A stretch of 64,000 nt of DNA from positions 1-64,000 of the forward strand of contig MCFE01000200.1 in NCBI GenBank assembly GCA_002104905.1. Reading direction: 5' to 3'. How positions within the stretch are numbered: position 1 is the stretch's first letter; each line of letters opens with the position of its first letter. Under the pieces are notes generated by a model. It saw only the letters and a list, made by a program, of their open reading frames with translations. It was not told where the DNA came from and did no database searches. A program made the translations under genes and the position numbers. Below are positions 38,554 to 49,639 of this stretch, piece after piece. Origin of the DNA: Basidiobolus meristosporus CBS 931.73 (Eukaryota > Fungi > Basidiobolomycota).

Positions 38554-41071
38554 ATGGACAAGACTACTTTGACTCAACACCGTAAGAGAAGAAGAAAAAG
38601 ACCATGCAGCTATTGTGGCAAGCCTTGCAGCCATGAAGCATGCAGACAGCATAAGAAATATCACAATGATCATGGCCAGTAATTTGCCACCCAAGTCATA
38701 TTTGACTGTTCATTGGTCACTACTGAACCAACATTATCTTGCCGGCCAGTTGATACTTCTATATCAGCACCTGGCTGTCTTAGTCACCTTGTGCAAACTG
38801 AGTCTGGTGAATTTGTGACACATTTAGGCTCACCTCAGCCTTCTGAATATGGCATGCAGAGTGATAGCTCTGGCAAAGAAGGTTCACTGATGGATCTTTA
38901 GCCTATCTCCCTTAACAACAGTACCATGTATGAGCCTGGCCAAATCCTTATATACATTGAGATAACACCCGTTGAAACAAGTGCCAAGGATACTTTATGG
39001 AGCCAAGTGAGCCCAGTAATCCATCTACTGGGGAATGATGTAATGTTGTGGCTAGAGAAGTGGTACATTTCCACTAATATTGGCAATGGGGGCTTTGAGG
39101 ATTTATTACTACTTCTTACCAAAATCATACCAGGATGAAACTTACTCTGTACATGGTACAAGTGGACAACCATCATGCGGCTGGCAACATATAACCCAGA
39201 GACTGTCCTGATTCCAGTATGTGTTAACAGTTGCATGGCATTCACATCCAAAAATGATACCATTGCAACATGTCCAAATTGTCAGGAATCCACCACCATT
39301 GAGGGAAAACATTGTTCACACTCCAGATATATTTTGGTAATACCCTATCTGAGGAAGCTGATGCAGTCCAACAAATATTGCAAAGCTATACAGTACCACA
39401 CTCAGTATCAATCAAGCACAAACATATCCAATATATTTGATGGCAAACATCACAAACAGATAAGAAGCAAGGGCTACTTTGAAGGCATGTATGACCATGC
39501 CTTTGCCTTAGCACATGATGGTTAATCATTAAACAAGTATTCTACCAGCAAATCCTGTTGGCCACTGATTCTCATCAATCTGAATCTGCTGCCCATCTTA
39601 CAGTATCAGAGCAATAATCTGATGGTAGTCTCACTGGTATCTGAGCCTAAATCACCGTCCAACCTGGATAGCTACCTGTATCCATTGCTGGATGAATTTT
39701 GTATGCTTTCCAGTGGGATAACAATAAATGGGGAGTCACATAAAAGCACATATTATTATCTTCATTGGAGATACCCCAGTCATCAGCAAGATGGCAGGTT
39801 TTTTTGGGCACAATGGAGGGTATTGCTGTCAAATGTGCAAGATCCAGGGGATTTACTCCATAACTCACACACATTATTATTACTCAAACACCAGCACTAA
39901 GAACATCATCTTTCCACAGAGAGAACATACAGAGTAAGCATGCAATTGCAGCAAAGTTGGCAACCTATAAGCCATTGGCCAGAATATGGAATCAATTGGA
40001 AACCAGAGATACTTAAGATAGATGGTATCTGTTGGAGCAAAAGCTTTCCACTGGGAGCAATGCATTTGCTTTTGAACACTATCCCTATACTGATGACCAA
40101 GTTGTACATAGGGTATTTCAATCTAAATGCATCCTTCAAGATACCGGAGAAATTTAAAAGAATTGGCAAGATATTACAGAGTATCTGCTACCCTGAGTAC
40201 TTCTCACAGGCTCTGTTTAATATTCATACACATATGCAGCAATACAATTGCAAAGACTGAATGAACTGGATATGTACTTATTTAAGTGATGTTCTGAAGC
40301 CATTCCTACCAAGAGTACATTGGAAGCATTGTGAGTCATATATGGGCATTGTAGGAATATTTATCCAGAAGCAGATCACCAATGCCAACTTGACACATTT
40401 ACAGCTGTTGTGTGATACGTTTGTGAAGGGATTTGAGCGGCTATACTACAAACATAAAGCTCAATATGCAGATCTCTGCCACCACTGTATCTGTTCTCTA
40501 CTCCAACTTGCATGGTGTGTGGAGAATATTGGGCCTTGCTTCACCTTTTGAGAGTTTTCTATGGAGCAGATGTGTGGGGAGATAGGAAGACAAGTCAAGT
40601 TGCAAGTACTACCATATCACAATCTCATCAAGAATATTACCTTCAAGTCCAACATGGATGTGATGAGTTGGCACATGGAGGACAGCCAGAAAGAGTTGGA
40701 AAATTCTGAGGACAAATGTGCACATGGAGACACCTATGCATATGGTATTAAGAAGCTAAGCAGCCCCAATGCATGGGTAATCAGTTAAGTAATGAAAAGT
40801 TGGGTTGGGTGCAACAAGCAACTAGTTTATATCAGGAAAACTCTACCAAGATATGCCAGATTTCTCATGGTCACAAGCCAACTTCTACACCATTCAATAT
40901 GGAATTCACACAAAAAAAAGTCAGAATGCACCTATAAGGGAGACTAGAATCCAGCAGGGAGAAGGAATATATTGGCTAAATACCAAGAAGTTCTTTGCGG
41001 ATATTCAGGAGGTGTTCATGGCAGAAGTGGCAACAACAAAGCATATGTTTGCAAGATATATATGTCATTAG
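38554..41071 (+). pseudogene. CMC/EnSpm transposase pseudogene
   Basis: ATG 38554, then RKRRRKRPCSYCGKPCSHEACRQH (Zn-finger-like), CVNSCMAFT...CPNCQE, SNIFDGKHH, GPK-like EPKSPSNLDSYLYPLLDEF, IGDTPVISKMAGFFGHNGGYCCQMC, FVKGFERLYY, MEQMCGEIGRQVK. Confidence 0.9.
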
Positions 41072-42350
41072 CAGTACAAGTAATATGGCAACTTTGCAAG
41101 TATCACACTAAAAAGCAGTAAAGTTGAGGTAATAGAAGTATGTCAATTGCAGCAGGTGTGCAGGTTTGTAGAGGTTAGTAGGCAGGAGGCCATAGTTTTT
41201 TTTGATTTGAGCTATATGTGGAATACCCAAGGTAGTAGTGGATAAGCAAATAAAGAGGGGTGATTCTACAGTGGAATATATGATTGCACAAGGGGAGGTA
41301 GAAAAAGGAAATACCATTAGGTAAGTTGGTATGGTAGCATTATACAGAACCAGCAGTAGGCTGTCATACAGCCAATATAATGCCATCAGAGTCCTACTGT
41401 GAGGCCATCAAAATACTGTCAAGTTTCTGCCATATAAGGCAATTGGATGTCCTGGCCAACTGGATCCATGTATAAGAAAAATAGAGTGCTGAAAGACTGC
41501 AGCAATACTATGTAAATATCACCACAGCACCAATAAAATATTGTCAAGTTTTATCCCTTTATTTGGTTGTAAAATTAGTGAAACACCATTATGATCCCTT
41601 CATAAGATTGTTAGGAGGGTCACTAACTCCAGGCTGCTGTTATTATAATGGTCTCTAAAAGGGATCTTGATGACTGATTCAGATTGGATCCTCCCACAGG
41701 ACCAAATTATTTTTCATAGGGTCTCCTGGTAGGAACATGACAATTTTGGTATTGGTCTTTGGAAAATAGTATATGTGTGAATAATGGAGTATATTCCCTG
41801 GATCTTGGTCACTTGACTGCAATACTGTCAATTATGACCAGATAGGCCAGCTCTCTTGCCAATGGTGGAGTATCTTCAATGTTGATAACAATATGTGCTT
41901 AGACATAATGGCCATTCACTATTATCTGGCTGGATAGCATACAAAACTAATTCAGCAATGGATACATGTACCTATTCTGGTTGAACAGCAACCTAGGCTC
42001 AGATATCAATAAGGCTATCCTCAGATGTCTGTGCTGATACCTTAATTTTGGTGGCAGAGTTAGGTTTATGAGAATCAGTGGTCAGTAGAACTTACTTGCA
42101 GAGTAGTTGCTCAATGATAAACCATCAGGTACTGAGGTAAGAGCATGTTCATACATATCTTTAAAATAGTCCTTGCTTGTTAGTTGCTTGTAATGGTTGC
42201 CACTAAATATATTGGTAATGTTTGCATTGGATTAATGCTAAGTTTAATACTTTATAGTGTCACAGTATTTGTTGGACTGTATGAGCTTCTTTAGATGTGG
42301 TACTACTGAAATATATCCCAAGTGTGAACAATGTTTTCTTTTCATAGTGG

Positions 42351-42871
42351 TGTGATGCATAGATGCAAGACAAGAGTGTGGAGATAGGCAAGGCAGGACC
42401 AGGAAAGGACTTAGGTATGAGTCAACAAGGCACAGCAGATTCTAAGGCCAGGCTGTTTATTCAAGACCTGTGTTTATAAGACAGAAGAATACATAGGTGG
42501 GATATGGCATGTTTACCTTTTGGCAATATGGATACCAAGAGCTACTACCTAATAATGATAGAGCCCTGGGGTAAACACAGCAAGTGTGTCAAAATAGAAA
42601 TACACTAAAGAACAGACTTAGTAATCACATGACAATATGCAAAGAGTGAGCTTATCCAGTAACTAGGCATATGACATGTAATCCCTATACATGGAATGGA
42701 GCTACATAATCCAATGGGAAGCTTTGATCCAATGGTCTATTGTGTAATGTTGTCTTAAAGTTTTCAGCAAGTTGCTACAATGCCAAAGAGTGTTCTGGAA
42801 GAAACTGGGATGTCTTCAACAACATGGTGTGGGTGGGTCATCAAAGATTTGGGATGCATGTGACCATGACA
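42351..42871 (-). mobile_element. Solo LTR, family A (older copy, no TSD seen)
   Basis: Homologous along its length to 43651-44181 (e.g. ggcaggaccaggaaaggacttagg, ggctgtttattcaagacctgtgtttat); TG...CA ends. Confidence 0.8.
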
Positions 42872-43650
42872 CTAATAACCTCCTACACAGGGTTTTCCTC
42901 AGGCTTTTAGGTTTAGCTTGTTGGGTTATGTCTGATGGAATAATATATCTGGATTGTGCAGTTAGTGAAGTATGTTACTGGTTCTCAGGTTTGATCATTT
43001 GGGCTATAATTAACTCAGTGTACTAGGCAGTGTATTTGGGATTGGATGTACTTTGAATTCAGTACTTGCTGGACTTCAAGCTCTTATGTTTGTCTACATG
43101 GATAGCTGGGGGATTGGCTGGGTGTTAATTGGGTAGAGTGCTTTTATTGAGTGGTTCTAGCAGGGATACATCTGTTGTGTCATAAATCTTTTTACTTGGT
43201 GGTAACTGTAGTTGGTATACAAGTGGGTGAGTTTCTTCTTGATCATAAGGGACCTAAGTACTTGTAGTCCAATTTGTCACAAGGGTGGCTTTTAGTAATG
43301 TTCTTTTATAAAAGCCATGCTGAATCTCCTTAATTATGCACATGCTTAGGCTGCTGCTGTTTGTCTGCTAACTTCTTGCACCCCTCATGGGCTAGGTATA
43401 ATTCTTTCTTGAGTGTTTCTTGAGCTTACATAATTGTTGATGCATGTTCAGTGGCTGGGGGTCTCCTTGGGTGTGTTGGAAGCAGAATACCAAATTGTGA
43501 ATGGAAAGCATAGTTTGCATAGAATGGGATGCGGTTAGTTGTACTATAAACATGAGTTGATGTAGGAAAATTCTGCAAGTGGTTAATATTGTAGTATAAG
43601 CTTGTAATTGCACCTAAATATCCAACTATCTTGGTCCCTTACATCATTAC

Positions 43651-44181
43651 TGTTATGAATAGACACAATGCAGGCAAGTAGGGCCAGGTAAGGCAGGACC
43701 AGGAAAGGACTTAGGTGTGGATCAACAAGGCAAGGCAGATTTCCAAGGCAAGGCTGTTTATTCAAGACCTGTGTTTATCAGACTGAGGAGTACATAAGGG
43801 GGGGGGATAGGACTGTATATACTTTTTGGCAATATGAATGCCAAGAGATATTTGCTAATACTGATGGGGTTCTGGGGTGAGGCACAGTAAGTGTGCCAAG
43901 ATAGAATATACTAAAGAACAGGCTGGAATATCACATGGAGATATGTCAGGGGTCAGCTAATCAAGTGACTAGGTCATGTGACATGTAGTTACCATAAATA
44001 GCATGGGACTACATAGACTCTTATGGGAAGCTTCCATAAAATTTTCTGTTGTGTAACATTGATTTGAAGCTTTCAAGAAGTTGCTAGAATGTAGTAGAAC
44101 TTTCTAGAAGGAACTGAGATTTCTTCACTGACTTGATTTGGCTAGATAATCAGAGACCAGGGATGTCATGTGATCATGACA
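43651..44181 (-). mobile_element. Solo LTR, family A, 531 bp with 5-bp TSD ATTAC
   Basis: TGTTATG...CATGACA flanked by ATTAC at 43646-43650 and 44182-44186. Confidence 0.9.
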
Positions 44182-44381
44182 ATTACCCAAATATGTTAGA
44201 AAATATCACCAAATACCTTGTTGGGATTTACTTTCATTAAATATCAGGTACCCACAACATGAAAATACTCAAGTTATCCAAATAGCACTAAAGTCTGCAT
44301 ACATGTTCTTTGGAGCTTCCTAAACATACATGATGTGTATGCTTTGTAACCACTTCTAATATCTCTGAAATTCTTATAGCA

Positions 44382-45290
44382 GATTATGAGCTCAAAGTTG
44401 TCACTCTCAGCATTGTCTACTACTTCTATCACTGGAACTTCTTGCTCTGCTGAGAAGTTGGATGGATCTAACTACCAAGTCTGGAAGGTGAAGATGAAGA
44501 TGCCACTACAGGAAAGAGGCCTTTGGATAGCTGTTATGGGCAAAGAATGCCCTCCTACAAATGTGGGAGAGGAAGCTTTAAAGTGTCACAAGAAAGATCA
44601 AAGTGTCTGTAATTGCACTTGCCTGAGTGTTTTGGACAAATTGCTAATACAATTATCAAGACCAAAAGCCGCAAGGAATACCTGGAGGGCATTAGAAGAC
44701 ATCTACCAGTCATTTTTAGTGGCAAAGAAGATGATCTTTGACCAAAACTCTTTGAAACAAAGTTGTTGCTAGGAAAAAAGATGAACAGTACTATTAATAG
44801 AATTACCCTGCCAGTTGACAAGATGAAATAGCTCCAATAGCCTCCAATAGCCTAGAGAGTCTAGAAGAGACTGGATTCCCCTAATCTAGGGAGTTCAACA
44901 TGGCTCATCTAGCTCAGTTGTTACATAGAGATGAAGTTCTCCATAGACAGAAGTGCCCAGATCTACAACAGCATAGACTTTTCTTTACTGCAATGGAGCA
45001 ATCTCATGGATCTCAAGAAGGGAACTAACCATAGCACTTTCCACCCCAGAAACAGATTATATGGCAGCCTGTGAAGCTGTAAACATTGCAATGAGAACAG
45101 CTTTTTAATGACATAGACTTAAGCCAAAGAATGCTCACTACTTTAATTCTGGATGATCAAAGATGTATAAAAACAGGTAGAAATTCAGCTTTTCACACTA
45201 GAACTAAGCACACAGGTATTACACATCATTTCATACATAAAGCTATAGAAATAGCTAAGTTTACTGCCTTACAGATAAAGTGACTCCAGG
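44382..45290 (+). mobile_element. Ty1/copia relic: PBS plus gag N-terminus fused to RNase H
   Basis: gattatgagctca resembles the copia PBS GGTTATGGGCCCA; gag KLDGSNYQVWKVKMKMPLQERGLW; RNase H GAISWISRRELTIALSTPETDYMAACEA and NSAFHTRTKHTGITHHFI. Confidence 0.85.
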
Positions 45291-45297
45291 AGTTTTA

Positions 45298-45790
45298 GAC
45301 TTGTTCCATTATACTGTGCCAGGGCATACAGCATGTTCTGCAGTTGCAAAGAATATTCAGGTGTAAACTGTAGCTACCAGTAGGCAGGATTGCTCTTGGA
45401 CAGTTTTCCACTGTGTGGGCCAATTTTGTACATTATGACACAATCTGACACAATGAGGTTGGCACAAACTAGCATGCTAGCTTGTAATGTTTGCATCACA
45501 TGTGCAATTGAATACCACTACTATGGTAGGTAAAATCCGGTATTTGGATATGCTTCTTTGATGCAAATGGAAGTAAATATGTATCACATTATAAACTACA
45601 CTGATACTTATCATTTTGACTACCATCACCCTAACAGAGCCGAATATTAGCAATTGATTGGTCTAAATTCATCTGGAAGCTGTGAGCCCCCAATTAGTTC
45701 ATTGAGCAATAAATGGAAGAAAGACTACAGAAATGTAGCCAAGTGGGGGTCCCTCTTGCCCAAATAGGTAAGCTGTCTAATATCTGGCCA
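45298..45790 (+). mobile_element. Family E non-autonomous element fragment (GACTTG terminus after TA); further copies at 57307-57575 and 57772-58200
   Basis: All copies begin TA|GACTTG(T/C)TC and share cagtaggcaggattg...cttgtaatgtttgcat...tgcaatt. Confidence 0.72.
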
Positions 45791-45859
45791 AAGGAAAGTA
45801 ATCAACTTACTACTATAATGCTATCTTTACTAATTCTGTATTACCAAACATCTAGTATA

Positions 45860-46715
45860 CTAATACAGTTATACCTTATTACTTAGAAAGGGTAACAAGC
45901 GCCAAATGGCTGACCCCCCTAGCTTGCCCCAGACAAATAAACAACAGTGTGGCTTTGCGGGATTATATTGTTTTATAGGAGCCCCTCCCCCTCCATGTGC
46001 CCCTTTCCCCCCCTGGTGACCACTTAAAGGGGAAGAGGGGAGGATGGGGGGCCCCTATGGAGACACTCTTACCAGGGGGGGTAAGATCAGGAGGCAGGGG
46101 TTAGGAGGCTGCCTGCCACTGGTATAGGCAAGGTTTGGGCCCATACCCTCTCATCACCCCCCATCCTTCAGATAGGGGGGAAGAGTTTAGTAGATTAGCC
46201 CCCCTGATGGGGGTACACTTTATTGTTTCCCCCAGCTTTGCATTTTCTGCCTCCAAAAGGGGGGGGGAGCTCCCCCTGACAGGGGGGTTCTTCCATTATT
46301 GCTAGTGATTTGGTACCCAGGATTGGGGTGCAATCAGCAAATGGGGGCAGGGGGCACCCCATTTGGGGCCCCCCTCCACAGGCTCTCCGCCCCACACCAA
46401 GGCCCCCCATCCAGAAGGGGCCCCTGCTCAGCTAGTTAAGTTAAATGATACAATGATTAAGCCTTTTAACCTAATTGGTGAGGTGTAGGAGTCTCTAAAG
46501 GGATCTTTAGACCCAAATGGGTATCTAAAGGGTGTGCTAAGAGAAAAGGTGTTACTTAGACAGGACCTTTTCAACAGAAAAGTAGTGGTTTTCTTATAGA
46601 GCTTATATTGAATTCTTATGAGCTTTGCTGTCTCTTTACTGATGCAATAGCAATCCAAGTCAGAATACTCAACAGTGCAAGTGACACAGGGGAAGTCATA
46701 TAGCCTTTAAGCTTA
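45860..46715 (+). other. GC-hairpin-rich segment resembling a degenerate organellar group I intron (possible NUMT)
   Basis: P/Q-like TGCTAG (46300-46305) and AATCAGCA (46332-46339); P3-like CTGAC (45910-45914) / GTCAG (46659-46663); R-like ctcaacagtgca; P8 GTGAC/GTCAT; S-like atagcc; many Gn/Cn hairpins. Confidence 0.4.
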
Positions 46716-46719
46716 TGAC

Positions 46720-47320
46720 TGTTGTGTGGAGATCCTGGAAACAGAGGGTGAGGTTACAGTGACACCCACTGCCAGATTTGTTCATTCCCTTATTTTTACT
46801 TCCTTGTTTTTGGCTACCCTTGTTTAGTTTTATCCCATTTTGTCTCATTTTATCAATACTATTCCATAAGCCAGCTGACTATCACACCTGCTTGTCTAAT
46901 TTATCTCTTGCTTTATGTAAGATTATTAGAAGTAAGTGCCTCCACATTAGGCAAGTATCTGTGCCAGTACCTGTGACACATGACCAATCTGTGTTACTAT
47001 CCCTACCATATCATTCCATATACTGTATCCCCATATTACACTGGATTCAGAATACTGACTAGTTGAATGTGTTGAGCCTCTTGGAACCTTCCAGCATACA
47101 CTTTGAGCATTCTTAGGGTATTCTGCTGTGATTAAGATTTCTATTGACCTCCAGAACCTTCTGGAACACCATGAGTTGTATTTGATTTGCCAATGAGAAA
47201 GGTATATAAGGGAGGCAATTCCTCAATAATAAATCATGGTCCATTTTATCAGTTTAGCAACTTGTTGACCAGTGTGATCAGTGCCACCTTTTGCTACCTG
47301 AACTTCCAGACCTTGACCAC
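46720..47320 (+). mobile_element. Possible LTR (single copy in window)
   Basis: TGTTG start, tataagg and aataaa near the 3' end, possible ACCACA end; no TSD or second copy found. Confidence 0.3.
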
Positions 47321-48134
47321 AGGACACCTCTGGAAATTGTGCTGACAGCCAACTGACCTTGGAGGCCCTACTTGTAAGGATCCTCAGAGTTGGTATCTTT
47401 GATTTTATTTGATTCTTTCCTACGTTTGTTATTGTACAGGAACAGATACTTCTCTGTCTTTACAAATATGGACTACAGCTGCATTCTTATCAAGTCCCTG
47501 CTTGTGGAGTTTACAGTTGTTTAGACTCTGGAAGCTTTAGTATATTGTCATTGCAAAGGATGCTGAACCCAGCACATACTTTGGTTAAGACACCAACTAA
47601 GTTGGGGATTGTAGCTCAGTAGTTTTCCCTTGACAAGCTTATGCCTGTGTTCATGTTCACCACAGAGTAGAGACAGAGTCCAGGTATTCCTAGCAGGCTT
47701 TTGTAGGAGGTTATTGCACCTGGTGAGCACCCCACACATAAGACACTTGAGAAGTGTTGGATATATCTCTCCCTTGAACCTATGCACCACCACAGTATGA
47801 CCAAGCTCTAGCACTGCACTCACCAACCAGGAGGCAAAATACTAACTGCAAGTACAAAAGTAGCCAAGATGTTAGTCAATACAGAAGTAGTTTGGGTATG
47901 TTAAGTAAACCAATACCAAATGCTTCAGTAGTAGTCCCTATGTGAAAAAAACTACAAAATGATGCTATTGCATTGAACTGCTATCATTTGTCATGATCAA
48001 AACAATGCATTTTCTTATGATCCAAGTCAAGTTCTGCAAACCAGTGATCTCTAAGCTTTAACAGAAGTATTGTCAAGGTTGTCTTGCATTTGAAACAGAA
48101 CTGTAGTAATGGAAGGTATTCAATTACTACAATA

Positions 48135-48864
48135 GACTTGTTCCTTTGGATAGTGCCACATTGAGCCATGAGTGCCAAATGATGCCATAGTTTGCCAGGG
48201 AGGCCAAGTGAGCCTATACTTGGCCACAGGGTGCAAAACATAGCTCTGCATCTTCATGCAAAGCAGTCCCTGTGTTTCACCCATTGTGTTGGAGAAAATC
48301 CATTTTTTGACCTTTTTTTTGGATCAATGCTGTGCAAGGTGTGTAAGAGCACAGAAGGACTGAAGACATGCATCTGGTACTCAATACCCATGGCACTCTG
48401 AATCTAGCTCCTGTAGCTTGTATCATGTCAAAAAAAATGAATGGCATTATCTTGGTCCACTGGTATTATCTGGCACTATAAGTGCTTTGTATAGGTCTTA
48501 CTTTAGGTCTAATATTTAAACAAAGTGCTCAATAGTACCAGTGGACCAAGATAGTGTCAATCATTTTTGTGACATGATACTAACTACTGGAGCTTGATTC
48601 AGAGTGCCATGGGCATTGAGTACCAGATGCATGTTTTCAGTCCTCCTGTGCTCTTATACATCCTGCACAACTTTGATCCAAAAAAAAGGTCAAAAATGGA
48701 TTTTCTCCAACACAATGGGTGAAGCACAGAGACTTCCTTGCATGAAGATGCAGAGCTATGTTTCACACTCTGTGGCCAAGTATAGGCTCTCTTGGCCTCC
48801 CTGGCACACTATGGCATAATTTGGCACTCATAACTCAGTGTGGCACTATCCAATGGAACAAGTC
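48135..48864. mobile_element. ~730-bp palindromic (foldback/MITE) element with TA flanks
   Basis: Left arm about 48135-48470 is the reverse complement of right arm about 48530-48864; ends TA|GACTTGTTCC ... GGAACAAGTC|TA. Related arm fragments at 54945-55014 and 61210-61320. Confidence 0.88.
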
Positions 48865-49249
48865 TAATATCTCAAAACCAATATTGCACTCATTTCTTTA
48901 ATTTGCTTGCTGCTAATGCAACACACAGATGAAAGATCAAGAATTTCCAACTCAGAAGAACAGAAGAGTCCAATAGCCAAATATACTAAGCCGCTATTGC
49001 GTAGATTACTATGGCAACTTTGATTGGGTGTAACTTCTCAGCCAGCCCATAAAGTTATGTGAGATCTTCACAGGTGCTGCACCTATTTCTGATCTATGTC
49101 ACTGCAAAATTTTGGCTTTGTTTCACAAGTATTGCTCTTGTAATAGCCCAAAAGCTCTGATCCTTCAAAACTTTCATATGAATGACTTCCCCAGCTGAAA
49201 AATTGCTTCAGATGATGTTACAGAACCAGCCCAAAGTGCCATGCACTGA

Positions 49250-49630
49250 TGGGCTCTTTTACTTGCACAAGACTCTTGAGCCGGAGGCACTACCAGTGAA
49301 TCATTTCAGACAGTTCACCAGAAGTAACTTGCTGATGGTCAGCTGTGACAGCACATGCAGATGCAACTTCATGCATAGGCATGGTCCTTGGCTGAGTTTA
49401 AGGTGATGATGTTGCAATCTAGGCAAAGTTGTCCACATTCTATATCCTTCCTCTTTAAGCTTGCTATATGATTCCTCAAGGTATTCACTTACCCTTTGTC
49501 TGATACTTTGAAACTGTTACCATGATCAGGCCTGTTTTTTTTTCTCTTGGTAGCCACTTGGCTCTACCAATGTATCTAGCAGAACAATAGTCATTTGAGG
49601 CAAAAACTCATTTTGTGGACACCATTGAGT
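49250..49630 (+). repeat. Unclassified repeat family C (longer copy at about 58730-59380)
   Basis: Shared strings aagtaa(c/t)ttgctgatg, ccttggctgag, agccacttggctctac, agtcatttgaggcaaaaactcat. Confidence 0.7.
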
Positions 49631-49639
49631 ACATCACAC

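Larger units (their letters stand above)
36065..41721 (+). mobile_element. CMC/EnSpm DNA transposon copy 2, near full length (left TIR missing)
   Basis: Right terminus TTTTTCATAGGG at 41710-41721; homologous to copy 1 over the shared segments; carries both transposase and ORF2. Confidence 0.88.

Noticed and set aside
42339-42349. TTTTCATAGTG, exact reverse complement of the CMC left TIR start
   Set aside because: The upstream sequence lacks the subterminal homology seen at the true right ends (34758, 41721); probably chance or a tiny relic.
47604-47620. tRNA-Ala-like 5' string GGGGATTGTAGCTCAGT
   Set aside because: No anticodon or T arm, no B-box and no acceptor stem follow.
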